Shown here: positions 20,643 through 29,631 of the stretch, one piece after another
Position numbering within the stretch: the first letter of the stretch is position 1
Layout of the letters: every line of letters starts with the position of its first letter
Assembly (NCBI GenBank): GCA_020847275.1
Contig: JADLCI010000007.1
Location: 108,272-172,271 of the forward strand
Direction: 5' to 3'
Length of the DNA stretch: 64,000 nucleotides
Source of the DNA: Candidatus Nomurabacteria bacterium
GTDB lineage: Bacteria; Patescibacteriota; Minisyncoccia; Phycocordibacterales; JACOZG01
Made by a program: the position numbers and the translations under genes
The notes under the pieces: model-generated
Seen by the model: only the letters and a program-made list of their open reading frames with translations
Database searches by the model: none
Told to the model about the DNA's origin: nothing

Positions 20643-21323
20643 ATGATTTACTTTGATAAAGTCAGTAAGATTTATCCCGACAGCTCGGTTGGTCTTGAGG
20701 AGGCGACCTTTACCGTTGAGCCGGGACAGTTTGTTTCCATTGTTGGTCATTCTGGCGCTGGCAAGTCCACCCTTCTCAAGATGATTCTGGCGGAAGAGAA
20801 ACCATCGGCAGGTAAAGTCTTCTTCAACTCATTAGATATTCATGAATTGCCGCCAAGAGAGGTGCCAGAATTGCGCCGGCGTATCGGGAGTGTGTTTCAA
20901 GATTTCCGTCTCTTACCGAACAAGACCATTTTTGAGAATATCGCTTTCGTAATGGAGACGGCTGGTCGCACCGACGAAGAGATTGCCGCTGATGTGCCCC
21001 ACGTGCTTGAACTCGTTGGCCTTGAACACAAGATCTGGAGTTTCCCGTCGCAACTCTCCAGTGGTGAAAGACAAAGGGTCGCAATTGCTCGGGCAATTGT
21101 GAATCAGCCGGAACTTCTTCTTGCCGATGAACCCACCGGTAATCTTGATCCCATCAACACCTTTGAAATCATCGATATTATGAGTAAAATTAATGCGCTT
21201 GGTACGACGGTAATTATGACCACACACAATAAGGGGGTAATTGATAGTCTCGGACGACGTGTGATCACGCTGGAAAAAGGTCGGATTACTCGGGACGACA
21301 AATCTGGTAAGTATGTTTTATAA
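20643..21323 (+). CDS. ftsE: Cell division ATP-binding protein FtsE
   Basis: GHSGAGKST, LRRRIGSVFQDFRLL, ADEPTGNLDP; adjacent ftsX. Confidence 0.92.
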   Translation: MIYFDKVSKIYPDSSVGLEEATFTVEPGQFVSIVGHSGAGKSTLLKMILAEEKPSAGKVFFNSLDIHELPPREVPELRRRIGSVFQDFRLLPNKTIFENIAFVMETAGRTDEEIAADVPHVLELVGLEHKIWSFPSQLSSGERQRVAIARAIVNQPELLLADEPTGNLDPINTFEIIDIMSKINALGTTVIMTTHNKGVIDSLGRRVITLEKGRITRDDKSGKYVL

Positions 21324-21334
21324 AAAAATAACAA

Positions 21335-22252
21335 ATGCTAACTACTAAACTTCGTCGTATTGCTTGGTCGGGTTTCCTCAATTTCTTCCGGACACCGGTG
21401 GTGGCACTGGCTTCGGTGATTACGCTTACGGTTACCCTCTTTGTGATCGGCTCTTTGGTCCTTGCCAACGCTTTCTTCTCCGCCTCGATAGCGGAAGTTC
21501 AGAGGAAAGTAGATATAAGTGTATCGTTCAAACAAGATGTGGAGGAAAGCCGGATTCTGGAGGTGAAGAATTCTCTCGAACTTCTACCGGAGGTTAAGGA
21601 AGTGGCGTACAGTTCCCGAGAGCAAGAATTGGCCGACTTTCGTTCCCGCAATGCCAGCAATGCCCTAGAGCTACAGTTACTTGATGAACTTGGTAATCCT
21701 TTTGGTGCTAGGTTAAATATTCGTGCCGCCGACCCGGTTCATTATGAGAGTATTGCTAAATTTCTTGATAATGAAAGTGGTTCCGCCAGTAACCTCGCGG
21801 TGATTGATAAGATTAGTTTCAAGCGTGATGTGGTGGATCGTTTAATTTCTCTCGTCCGTACGGCCAAGAGAATTGGCTTCGCCACGACGCTTCTATTTGT
21901 CTTCATTTCGCTTGTCGTTACGTTCAATACAATTTCTCTCGCTATTTATATCTCACGAGAAGAAATTTCCCTAATGAAACTGGTTGGCGCGAGTCCGAAC
22001 CACATCCGTGGACCTTTTCTCGTCGAGGGGATTATCTCCGGTGTTATTTCGGCCTTGCTCGCGTTGCTCCTGCTTTACCCTGCGACTATCTGGCTTCGAG
22101 ATATCACTTCTAGTATTTACGGTGGTTTGAATTTGGCAACCTATTTCTCTAGCCACTTTGCGACCCTGCTTGGACTCTTGCTCGTTTCTGGGGTGATTCT
22201 CGGGGTGTTGGCAAGTTTTATGGCTACTCGACAGCACTTGAAACGACAATAG
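21335..22252 (+). CDS. ftsX: Cell division permease FtsX
   Basis: 4 TM; NTISLAIYISREEISLMKLVGA...IRGPFLVEG. Confidence 0.92.
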   Translation: MLTTKLRRIAWSGFLNFFRTPVVALASVITLTVTLFVIGSLVLANAFFSASIAEVQRKVDISVSFKQDVEESRILEVKNSLELLPEVKEVAYSSREQELADFRSRNASNALELQLLDELGNPFGARLNIRAADPVHYESIAKFLDNESGSASNLAVIDKISFKRDVVDRLISLVRTAKRIGFATTLLFVFISLVVTFNTISLAIYISREEISLMKLVGASPNHIRGPFLVEGIISGVISALLALLLLYPATIWLRDITSSIYGGLNLATYFSSHFATLLGLLLVSGVILGVLASFMATRQHLKRQ

Positions 22253-22253
22253 T

Positions 22254-22994
22254 TTATTGCTCAATCTGGGCGGTGATTCGATCTACAAGTCGATAAAACG
22301 ATTCACTCCGCTTTTCTCGTGGTCGAGGTAGGTCAATAGAGAAGGTTGCCTTCACCCTGCCCGGTTGAGGCGAGAAGACGATTATTTCATCAGCGAGGGA
22401 CACCGCCTCCTCAATTAAGTGGGTTACTAGTAGTATTGTCATGCCGTATTTCTGCCAAATTCTAGTAATATCTTCTTGCAGGTGTGTCGCATTAAAACTG
22501 TCGAGCGCGGAAAAAGGTTCATCCATCAAGAGAATTTCAGGGTGGACGGCCAGTGCTCTGGCAATACCCACTCTCTGACGCTGACCGCCAGATAACTCGC
22601 GCGGGTAAGCGTGGGAGAAATTGGTTAAGCCAACCTCTTCAATTTTGTTACGAACAATACGCTCCTGTTCGTGAGATGGGAGATTTCCCCGCATCTTGAG
22701 TCCGAATGCAACATTCTCGCGGACGGTTAGCCAGGGGAAAATGGCGAAGTGTTGGAAGACCATTGCCTCGGTCTCATAGTGGCGCACGATTTCACCGTGT
22801 TCGGCTTTAATTAGTCCGGCAATAATTCGCAAGAGGGTGGACTTGCCGCAACCGGAGGGGCCGACCAGAGCAACAAGTTTTCCAGATCGTACCTTGAAAC
22901 TCACATTGAGTAGACCCCTCAATTCCCGGCGGTGTTCATCGTGGAAAGAATGGGATACATTACTAACTTCTAAAATATGGTTTTTATTCTCCAT
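22254..22994 (-). CDS. NitT/TauT-family ABC transporter ATP-binding protein
   Basis: GPSGCGKSTLL, LSGGQRQR, LLMDEPFSALD, LPRPR. Confidence 0.9.
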   Translation of the reverse strand: MENKNHILEVSNVSHSFHDEHRRELRGLLNVSFKVRSGKLVALVGPSGCGKSTLLRIIAGLIKAEHGEIVRHYETEAMVFQHFAIFPWLTVRENVAFGLKMRGNLPSHEQERIVRNKIEEVGLTNFSHAYPRELSGGQRQRVGIARALAVHPEILLMDEPFSALDSFNATHLQEDITRIWQKYGMTILLVTHLIEEAVSLADEIIVFSPQPGRVKATFSIDLPRPREKRSESFYRLVDRITAQIEQ

Positions 22995-23709
22995 AAGATT
23001 GTGCGCGACGAAGCAGTGGTGTCCAAATTGCCCGGTTTATCACGAAGACGAGAAAGAGGATGAGACCAATACCGGCCCAGAGGACAGCCGTTTCACCCTT
23101 CTCCCCAGCTTGAGTGAGGAAGACACCGATACCGTTGGGAAAGCCGATAATTTCAATTCCAATGATTGCCTCCCAGCCGACACTGATACCCACCAGAGAA
23201 CCAGTGATGATGGCGGGAAAGGAAAGGGGGATGAGGTAGTGCCAGATTCTTTTATTTCCCGTGGCGCCGAAGATGGTGGCCGCTTCATTGAGTTCTGCGC
23301 GGGCGAGGTGAATTGCGTTTAGGACATAGAAAAGGATTGGCCAGATGATTGCGGTGGCGGCGAAGACAACGGCCATAGTATTGGTATAGCCAAACAATAA
23401 GATAAAGACAGGGATGAGGGCGAAAGACGGTACATTTTGGAGGAGATCAAAAAGAGGGAGAAGAAAAGCGCCCAGTCTGGTTCCGCCGATTGTGACCGCG
23501 AAGCCGACGGCGATGACTAAGGAAATGGCGTAGGCTAGGATAAGTCGGGAGAACGAAAGCGCAAGACTGGTAAGGAGTTCGATATTTGTCGCCGCACCAA
23601 GTCGTCCGAGCCAGAAGAGAAGAGCGAGTGGGACGAAAAGGGCGATGACGATTAGCCACAAATGGAAGCGATGGCGGTAGATTTTTATACCATGTGAAGA
23701 GTGGATCAT
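22984..23709 (-). CDS. NitT/TauT-family ABC transporter permease
   Basis: QNVPSFALIP, EAATIFGA (EAA motif); start probably ATG 23709 because TGgTAAAAT overlaps ATG 23718. Confidence 0.88.
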   Translation of the reverse strand: MIHSSHGIKIYRHRFHLWLIVIALFVPLALLFWLGRLGAATNIELLTSLALSFSRLILAYAISLVIAVGFAVTIGGTRLGAFLLPLFDLLQNVPSFALIPVFILLFGYTNTMAVVFAATAIIWPILFYVLNAIHLARAELNEAATIFGATGNKRIWHYLIPLSFPAIITGSLVGISVGWEAIIGIEIIGFPNGIGVFLTQAGEKGETAVLWAGIGLILFLVFVINRAIWTPLLRRAQSYGE

Positions 23710-23758
23710 TACTGACATTTTACCACTCTTGTGATATTGTGGAAATGTTTTTATGTAT

Positions 23759-23832
23759 TACCGGTTCGTCTAATGGTAGGACAGCGGCCTTTGAAGCCGT
23801 TAATTGGGGTTCGAGTCCCTGACCGGTAGCCA
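23759..23832 (+). tRNA. tRNA-Gln(TTG)
   Basis: TACCGGT/ACCGGTA, GCGGC-CTTTGAA-GCCGT, TTCGAGT, CCA. Confidence 0.93.
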
Positions 23833-23871
23833 ACACTTTTCAAGCGATAATTCATATTGTAAAATAAAAAT

Positions 23872-24063
23872 ATGTCAGGACCGTATATTATTGCAATCAC
23901 CGTTATTCTCGCCATGATTGCTTTGGCGTTGTCATTTAAGCCAATGAGAAAAACCATAGGATTACTCTTAATAATTCTTGGAGGCCTTGCGTGCATGACT
24001 TTTATCGGTGTAGTAATTGGTATACCAATGATTATTATTGGGGGTCTGATGATGTTTGTGTAA
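23872..24063 (+). CDS. Small hydrophobic membrane protein
   Basis: 63 aa with 2-3 TM; TAAAAT 6 nt upstream of ATG. Confidence 0.6.
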   Translation: MSGPYIIAITVILAMIALALSFKPMRKTIGLLLIILGGLACMTFIGVVIGIPMIIIGGLMMFV

Positions 24064-24180
24064 TGACCAGAGAGGTTTCAACTTCGTGCCAGACAGTTAG
24101 CAGTCACATGCTAAGTCGAGAGACTGAGACGCAACAGGTCACTATTCCGAAAATTGCATACCTACTGAGAGCAGTAGCCA
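24064..24180 (+). ncRNA. Candidate structured RNA (unidentified)
   Basis: Nested stems TGACC/GGTCA, GTTTCA/TGAGAC, TTAGCA/TGCTAA, GTC-GAGA-GAC, plus CTACTG/CAGTAG; followed by a terminator. Confidence 0.4.
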
Positions 24181-24183
24181 GGA

Positions 24184-24212
24184 CAAAAAATCACCTTAGG
24201 GGTGATTTTTTG
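24184..24212 (+). terminator. Intrinsic terminator
   Basis: CAAAAAATCACC-TTAGG-GGTGATTTTTTG. Confidence 0.75.
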
Positions 24213-24225
24213 TTAGAATCAAGTA

Positions 24226-24918
24226 GTGTCTACACCATCAACTAAAAAATCACTACGCTTCGGGATTGTAGATGACAGTGGCTTACGAGCTGCTACATGG
24301 AATTTGCGATATCAAGTAAGCAATAAAACCGGCCTGCCAGAGGTTTATTTACTTTGTCGAGAACTTCGAGGTGATATACATGCCAGTATGCATCCTTCCG
24401 GAAAATGGCATGTTGCATATCCAGAGGAAGTGTTTGCTCGAAACATTAAAGACATCAGTCCTGAGGGGACAGATAGATTTATCCAAAAGTGGATTAGGCC
24501 TAAGGAGATAAAGCCAGGAATCACCCTTGCTTTCCGTATCATTACACCTTTTAGTGCAGTAAAAACCAAAATCGCTGAGGATGAGAAAGAATTTTTTCGT
24601 ATAGCAAAAGCACCCAATGGCAAGGCGACCAACATCATGATTTTGTTTGTGTCGCCCGACGCCAATTTGTATACTATTAAAGGGTCTGAGGTTATCGGCC
24701 GGGTTTTACTAAATAATGGCGAGAAGGTTATTGCTATACACGAGGTCATAGATATCGTGCCCCCGTTCACCGAAAAGCATCGAGCCAGTCCTAGGTATCT
24801 AAAAGGTAAAAGCAAAAGTGATTTAAGTGGTCCAGATCTGAAGGCCATCATCTTCGGAGATGCTAGCGACGGCTCTAGAGTTATTTGGGATTGTGCTGTA
24901 AATAGTAGTCTTGATTAA
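24226..24918 (+). CDS. Hypothetical protein
   Basis: 230-aa ORF in accessory patch after tRNA-Gln; no motif recognised. Confidence 0.65.
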   Translation: MSTPSTKKSLRFGIVDDSGLRAATWNLRYQVSNKTGLPEVYLLCRELRGDIHASMHPSGKWHVAYPEEVFARNIKDISPEGTDRFIQKWIRPKEIKPGITLAFRIITPFSAVKTKIAEDEKEFFRIAKAPNGKATNIMILFVSPDANLYTIKGSEVIGRVLLNNGEKVIAIHEVIDIVPPFTEKHRASPRYLKGKSKSDLSGPDLKAIIFGDASDGSRVIWDCAVNSSLD

Positions 24919-24933
24919 TCTTAGCTTGCGGGG

Positions 24934-25104
24934 ATGTTTATTGGGACCCCAACTTGGGTAGGAAGAAGGATTATTGATTCTCAAAGTACCTACGAAATTA
25001 AGACTGTGTATGCTGTGATTTTACTCGCCGGCATACTTGGGTATCTTCTTAATTTACTTTTCCTGGTTGTGGAGAAAAGGGCATTACACTGGAATGGAAA
25101 ATAA
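24934..25104 (+). pseudogene. C-terminal remnant of a NitT/TauT ABC permease
   Basis: MFIGTPTWVGRRIIDSQSTYEIKTVYAVILLAGILGYLLNLLFLVVEKRALHWNGK resembles the last TM segment of SsuC/TauC-type permeases; N-terminal part absent. Confidence 0.65.
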
Positions 25105-25162
25105 GCTGGTACCGTTTGGTGGAGAATGTTTTCGGTTTTTTTAGAATTAACCACCGTTTTTT

Positions 25163-25816
25163 ATGATCGAAAAAGAAAATAAAGATTTATGTACTTTATA
25201 CATAATTCGCCACGGAGAGACGGAATGGAATCTAAAGAATATTGTGCAGGGACACTCTGACTCCGAACTCACCGAAGCTGGTATTATACAGGTTCAAGAG
25301 GCGGCCGAGGAATTGAAAGAGATTCATTTTGATGCCGTTTTTTCTTCAGATTCTCCTCGTACTGTGCGTACAGCAGAAATTGTTAGACTCGACAGGGAGT
25401 TGATAATTGAAACCTCGAAATTACTTAGAGAAAGAAATTACGGAAGGTTTGAAGGAAAACCCTCGTTTGAATTCAAAGAGGTTCTTCGGAAAAAGCTTGC
25501 TGAGCGCAAGGAAATGTCAGACGAAGAACACTGGGATTTTAGGCTTGCCGATGACATTGAAACAGATGGGGAACTAATGACTAGATTTATTACCCAAATA
25601 AGAGAGATCTCTGTGGCGTACCCCGGCAAGACAGTTTTGGTTGTAACTCATGGCGGGTGCATTAGAAATTTTCTTATCAGGACCGGGTACTTTAACCGGA
25701 GAGATCTCCCCTCTGGTTCGTTTAAAAATGCCGGATATGTTAAGGTCCTTTCAGATGGTGTAGATTTCTTTATTCAATTGGTCAGGGGGGTTGAGACACC
25801 CGGGGATAGCAAATAA
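25163..25816 (+). CDS. Histidine phosphatase (phosphoglycerate mutase family)
   Basis: IIRHGETEWN, SSDSPRT, LRERNYG, LVVTHGG. Confidence 0.92.
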   Translation: MIEKENKDLCTLYIIRHGETEWNLKNIVQGHSDSELTEAGIIQVQEAAEELKEIHFDAVFSSDSPRTVRTAEIVRLDRELIIETSKLLRERNYGRFEGKPSFEFKEVLRKKLAERKEMSDEEHWDFRLADDIETDGELMTRFITQIREISVAYPGKTVLVVTHGGCIRNFLIRTGYFNRRDLPSGSFKNAGYVKVLSDGVDFFIQLVRGVETPGDSK

Positions 25817-25872
25817 GGGTCCCAACTTCGTATTGGAGGTTAGTAAGTAAGTTTTCTAGTATAATCACAAAC

Positions 25873-26133
25873 ATGTCTTTCAAATCAGAAAAGATCTCAT
25901 TACTAATATTGGGCATAACAGCTATCCTGTGTTCCAGGGCGATGTTCTGGTTTTTCGATGACCCTGAAGGACCAAATCTTCTAATCGTTATGGTGGTGGC
26001 CATGGTGGTATATTTTTTATCTTTGGTGGTGTCTTCCGTTTTTTCATTCACGGGCCTCAAGAGACTCTTGTCCACCATTTTAATTCAGATGATGACGGTC
26101 ACCAGTTTATATTTCTGTCTGTTATACTTTTAA
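25873..26133 (+). CDS. Small membrane protein (DPEGPNLL motif)
   Basis: 3 TM, FFDDPEGPNLLIV; TATAAT 7 nt upstream. Confidence 0.7.
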   Translation: MSFKSEKISLLILGITAILCSRAMFWFFDDPEGPNLLIVMVVAMVVYFLSLVVSSVFSFTGLKRLLSTILIQMMTVTSLYFCLLYF

Positions 26134-26134
26134 G

Positions 26135-26656
26135 ATGAAGGTTACATCAGATCTCACGAAGCTTTATCCGGAGATTGATATCAACAGCGATGGTGGTCCC
26201 GATGCATACAGAGAGGGGTTGCCCATTGTCGAACGTGATCCCGTGGCGGTCATTATCAAACATCCATCTGAAAATCAGTATCTCCTCGCAGAGTGGAAAC
26301 AAGCGGAATGGCGCGGATTTCTAACTGGCGGCATTGAAAAGGGGGATTCATTGGAGAAGACCGTTCGTAAAGAAATTCATGAAGAGACGGGGTACAAAAA
26401 TGTTTCCGAAATTATTGCCACAAATTTTGTCTCCCATGCTTTGTTTTTTCATCCGGTAAAGAATGTTAACCGCCTGGCGCACTATCGTCTTGTCTTTGCG
26501 AGACTGGCCGATCTTGAGAGGGAGAATGTTTCTGAGGAAGAAGGTAGGATTGCTGACTTTGTCTGGGTTCCCCACGATGAGGTGCTGGAAATACTGACAC
26601 GTAGGGACATGAAACTACTTTGGAATTTTTATATAAATAACCTAAAAGATTTTTGA
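26135..26656 (+). CDS. NUDIX hydrolase
   Basis: Nudix box GGIEKGDSLEKTVRKEIHEETGY. Confidence 0.9.
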   Translation: MKVTSDLTKLYPEIDINSDGGPDAYREGLPIVERDPVAVIIKHPSENQYLLAEWKQAEWRGFLTGGIEKGDSLEKTVRKEIHEETGYKNVSEIIATNFVSHALFFHPVKNVNRLAHYRLVFARLADLERENVSEEEGRIADFVWVPHDEVLEILTRRDMKLLWNFYINNLKDF

Positions 26657-26675
26657 CTGTGTTATCATACAAACA

Positions 26676-26909
26676 ATGTTGAACGATGAACTTAAAGCGA
26701 GGGTTAGAAACCAGACTACTGGCTATATTGCGGCGGCCCTTTCTCTGGTGGCCGGTCTTGCTTGGAATGACGCCATCAGGTCCCTGATTGAGGTTCTCTT
26801 TCCTCTGGATACGTCGGGAATTTTGATTAAGTTTGTGTACGCGATCATTATCACTGTGGTTGTTGTGTTTGTGAGCACTTCAATCCTGAAATCATCGGAC
26901 AAGAAGTGA
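26676..26909 (+). CDS. Small membrane protein (DUF5654-like)
   Basis: AALSLVAGLAWNDAI...FVYAIIITV. Confidence 0.75.
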   Translation: MLNDELKARVRNQTTGYIAAALSLVAGLAWNDAIRSLIEVLFPLDTSGILIKFVYAIIITVVVVFVSTSILKSSDKK

Positions 26910-26951
26910 TTTAATTGTTGGCTGTCTTTCTACGTGGTATGATTTAACACA

Positions 26952-27101
26952 ATGAATAAGTTTCAGAGCCGTACTCCTGTTGTCGTGCGGGGCAGTGTTG
27001 GTTGTGGTTCGACCGGTGTTCGGGATTTCGGACTATTTTTAGCCTCGCTCTCGGTTGTGTTTTTCGGCCGAGATCGTTGGTCGGTCGACAGCAGAATCTA
27101 G
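26952..27101 (+). pseudogene. 49-aa ORF, possible DoxX-like membrane protein remnant
   Basis: TGgTATGAT then ATG; C-terminal GVRDFGLFLASLSVVFFG...WSVD resembles the DoxX-type tail. Confidence 0.3.
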
Positions 27102-27122
27102 TTTGTCGATCGTTAATCTACC

Positions 27123-27749
27123 ATGATTCTTTCTTTCGTTAATATGGTTACCGTCACTGTTCTAAGTTTCGGCGTGGCGGGGGTTTTTTTGGCTGGGGTG
27201 TTGGAGGAGGTTGTTGTGCCCATTCCTTCGGCTTTAACGATGATGGCGGCAGGCTTCTTTTTCCTGGGTGGGCAACCATTGGTCGAAAGCACGCTCATTG
27301 TTTTATTTGTTCGTGTGGCGATACCCCTTGCGCTTGGTTTAACTGTCGGGTCACTCTTTACTTATTGGTTGGCCTGGCGTTTCGGCCGTCCGGTCGTAGA
27401 GCGTTTTGGGCACTATGTCGGCATTAGTTGGACGGATATCGAGGGGCTAGAGAAGCGCTTAGAGAAAAATCGGAGTCAATCTGTCACCATTTTTAGTTTG
27501 CGAGTTTTTCCACTTTTACCAAGCGTGGTCATTAATATTTTTTGTGGCCTCACGAGGCTACCGTTTTGGCGTTATTGTTCCATTACTTTTAGTGGAGTGG
27601 TTATTCGGTCCTATATACTTGCTCTTGTCGGTTGGCAACTTGGTTCGGTCTACCACCACTATGCCCGCTATTTCGAGAAGATTGAGTTTATTGGTTTAAT
27701 TATCGTCGTCTTTTTTCTGGTTTTTTTCTACATCAGGCGTAAGAAATAG
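27123..27749 (+). CDS. DedA/VTT (SNARE-associated) membrane protein
   Basis: LEEVVVPIPS, GSLFTYWLAWRFGRP, LRVFPLLP. Confidence 0.85.
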   Translation: MILSFVNMVTVTVLSFGVAGVFLAGVLEEVVVPIPSALTMMAAGFFFLGGQPLVESTLIVLFVRVAIPLALGLTVGSLFTYWLAWRFGRPVVERFGHYVGISWTDIEGLEKRLEKNRSQSVTIFSLRVFPLLPSVVINIFCGLTRLPFWRYCSITFSGVVIRSYILALVGWQLGSVYHHYARYFEKIEFIGLIIVVFFLVFFYIRRKK

Positions 27750-27790
27750 GACTTCTTGCGCTTGCTCGGAGAAAAGCTATAATAATCCTT

Positions 27791-28567
27791 ATGACTGATA
27801 AACTAAAAAATTATTTGGGGTGGGTAATTATTATCGTTCTCTTTATCTTGGCGGGCGCCGCTTGGCGTTATTCGGGCGCCTACGCACGTTCAATTCAGCC
27901 GGGCTCCTTTCGAAGTTTTGCCGCTAGCGGTCAGGGCAAGGTCGTCATTGTGCCAGATGTTGCGGAATTCTCCTTCAGTGTTCTCACTGAGGGGTCGTTA
28001 GATATTGCTAAGTTGCAGGCCGATAACACCAGTAAGATTAACCAGGCGATTGATTTTCTAAAACAGCAAGGGATTGAGGCGAAGGATATCAAGACTGCCG
28101 GTTATAATCTATCACCCAGATATCAAACTGGTTTTTGTCGCGAACTTTGCCCGCCACCCTCAATTGTTGGTTATTCCATCAATCAGACGGTTGAGGTCAA
28201 AATTTTGAAGGATAGTTTTGTGAAGATCGGAGACATTCTGGCTGGAGTAGTTAAACAGGGTGCAAACAGTGTCTCACAATTGAATTTTACCGTGGACGAT
28301 CGCCTGGTCGCTGAGAATGAAGCAAGGTCAGAGGCAATTACTCAGGCGAAGACGAAAGCGAAAGCCATTGCCAAAGCGGCCGGTTTCTCACTTGGTGAGT
28401 TGCTGGCGATTGAGGAGGGATTTAATGATTTTCCCCGGTTTTATGGTTTAGAGGCAAGTAAGATGGGTATGGGGGGCGACATGGTTGCTTCTGCGCCTGC
28501 GCCCGTGGTTGAACCTGGGTCACAGGAAATTGTGGTGAATGTGACCCTTCGCTACGAGATTGACTAG
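27791..28567 (+). CDS. SIMPL (DUF541) domain protein
   Basis: SGQGKVVIVPDVA, GANSVSQLNF, AITQAKTKA, PGSQEIVVNV. Confidence 0.9.
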   Translation: MTDKLKNYLGWVIIIVLFILAGAAWRYSGAYARSIQPGSFRSFAASGQGKVVIVPDVAEFSFSVLTEGSLDIAKLQADNTSKINQAIDFLKQQGIEAKDIKTAGYNLSPRYQTGFCRELCPPPSIVGYSINQTVEVKILKDSFVKIGDILAGVVKQGANSVSQLNFTVDDRLVAENEARSEAITQAKTKAKAIAKAAGFSLGELLAIEEGFNDFPRFYGLEASKMGMGGDMVASAPAPVVEPGSQEIVVNVTLRYEID

Positions 28568-28631
28568 GCTAGCGACTACTGCTAGTCTCAAGACAGACCG
28601 CTCATTTTAACAAGAAAGGAGGTGAGGTCTA

Positions 28632-29099
28632 ATGCCCTGGTATATTTGGGCGCCAGCCCTGCTGATTTCAATTGTGGTGACTGGTTTTGTCCTGTGGCCA
28701 CGCCTGTGGCCACGAAGTTATAGCCGGGCTGATCTTGAACCAGTTGCACAGCCCGATCCGGTCGTTGAACCGATCTCGATTTCTCCCGATTTCGTCTTGG
28801 TTGGTGGTCGGATGGTTTGTTTCCGTCGTCTACCTAAAGAGATGAATGATACCGAGATTCGTTCTATGTTGTCTGACCTGGGTTTAATCGAGTCTACTCG
28901 AGAAGTTTTGGAACGAGTGTTGGAAGATCATCCAAACTTCTGTCCTCGAGGAAGGATCCTTCTTCTGAAGGAAGACGGCAACAACGGAGCCGCTTTTGTG
29001 TTTATCAAACCGGAAAACGGGGGACTAGGGGTTAATTTGTTTCCTTCGGGTTTTCCCCGTATACACCCTGAGGGAGACTGGATTATCGCAATGGCGTAA
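28632..29099 (+). CDS. Hypothetical membrane-anchored protein
   Basis: Strong SD AAGGAGGTGA, N-terminal TM, downstream terminator. Confidence 0.7.
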   Translation: MPWYIWAPALLISIVVTGFVLWPRLWPRSYSRADLEPVAQPDPVVEPISISPDFVLVGGRMVCFRRLPKEMNDTEIRSMLSDLGLIESTREVLERVLEDHPNFCPRGRILLLKEDGNNGAAFVFIKPENGGLGVNLFPSGFPRIHPEGDWIIAMA

Positions 29100-29114
29100 G
29101 GCCGTCCACAAATG

Positions 29115-29143
29115 TGCCCACTGGTAAAACAGTGGGCATTTTT
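29115..29143 (+). terminator. Intrinsic terminator
   Basis: TGCCCACTG-GTAAAA-CAGTGGGCA-TTTTT. Confidence 0.8.
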
Positions 29144-29595
29144 TATAGTAAAATTTCGTCGACGGCCGCTTTCACATCTGCGCCGTCAGCCTTACCCTTC
29201 AGGTCTTTCATTAGGGCGTTCATTAGTTTACCGGCATCAGCTCTACCTGTAATAGCCAATTCAGTTTTCTTAGCCTCGGCAAGTTTCTTTATCTCATCGC
29301 GACCCATTAGTTGAGGGAGGTAAACTTCAATGAACTTTAATTCGGCCTTCTCACTTTCGGCCAGATCTGAACGACCGCCAGTCTCAAATTGAGAGATTGA
29401 GTCCTTGCGTTTCTTGGCTTCGCGACGGATGACGGCAAGTGCCGATTCATCGTCTAGCATTTCATCTGGTCTTTTCTTCTGGGACACCAGTTCATTGGTG
29501 AAGGCGGAGAGCAGACCTCTGATTACCCCAAGACGGACTGCTTCTTTGGCTAGCATCGCCTGCTTCATTTCTGATTTTATATTTTCGTGTAACAT
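29143..29595 (-). CDS. GatB/YqeY domain protein
   Basis: MKQAMLAKE, KKRKDSISQF, YLPQLM, GKADG; start ATG 29595. Confidence 0.9.
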   Translation of the reverse strand: MLHENIKSEMKQAMLAKEAVRLGVIRGLLSAFTNELVSQKKRPDEMLDDESALAVIRREAKKRKDSISQFETGGRSDLAESEKAELKFIEVYLPQLMGRDEIKKLAEAKKTELAITGRADAGKLMNALMKDLKGKADGADVKAAVDEILL

Positions 29596-29631
29596 AATCA
29601 CTAGTCTAGCAGATTTGCTATAATCCAATCA

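Noticed and set aside
21055-21075. FtsE signature LSSGE instead of LSGGE as a sign of inactivation
   Set aside because: Single substitution with Walker A/B and H-loop intact; not enough evidence
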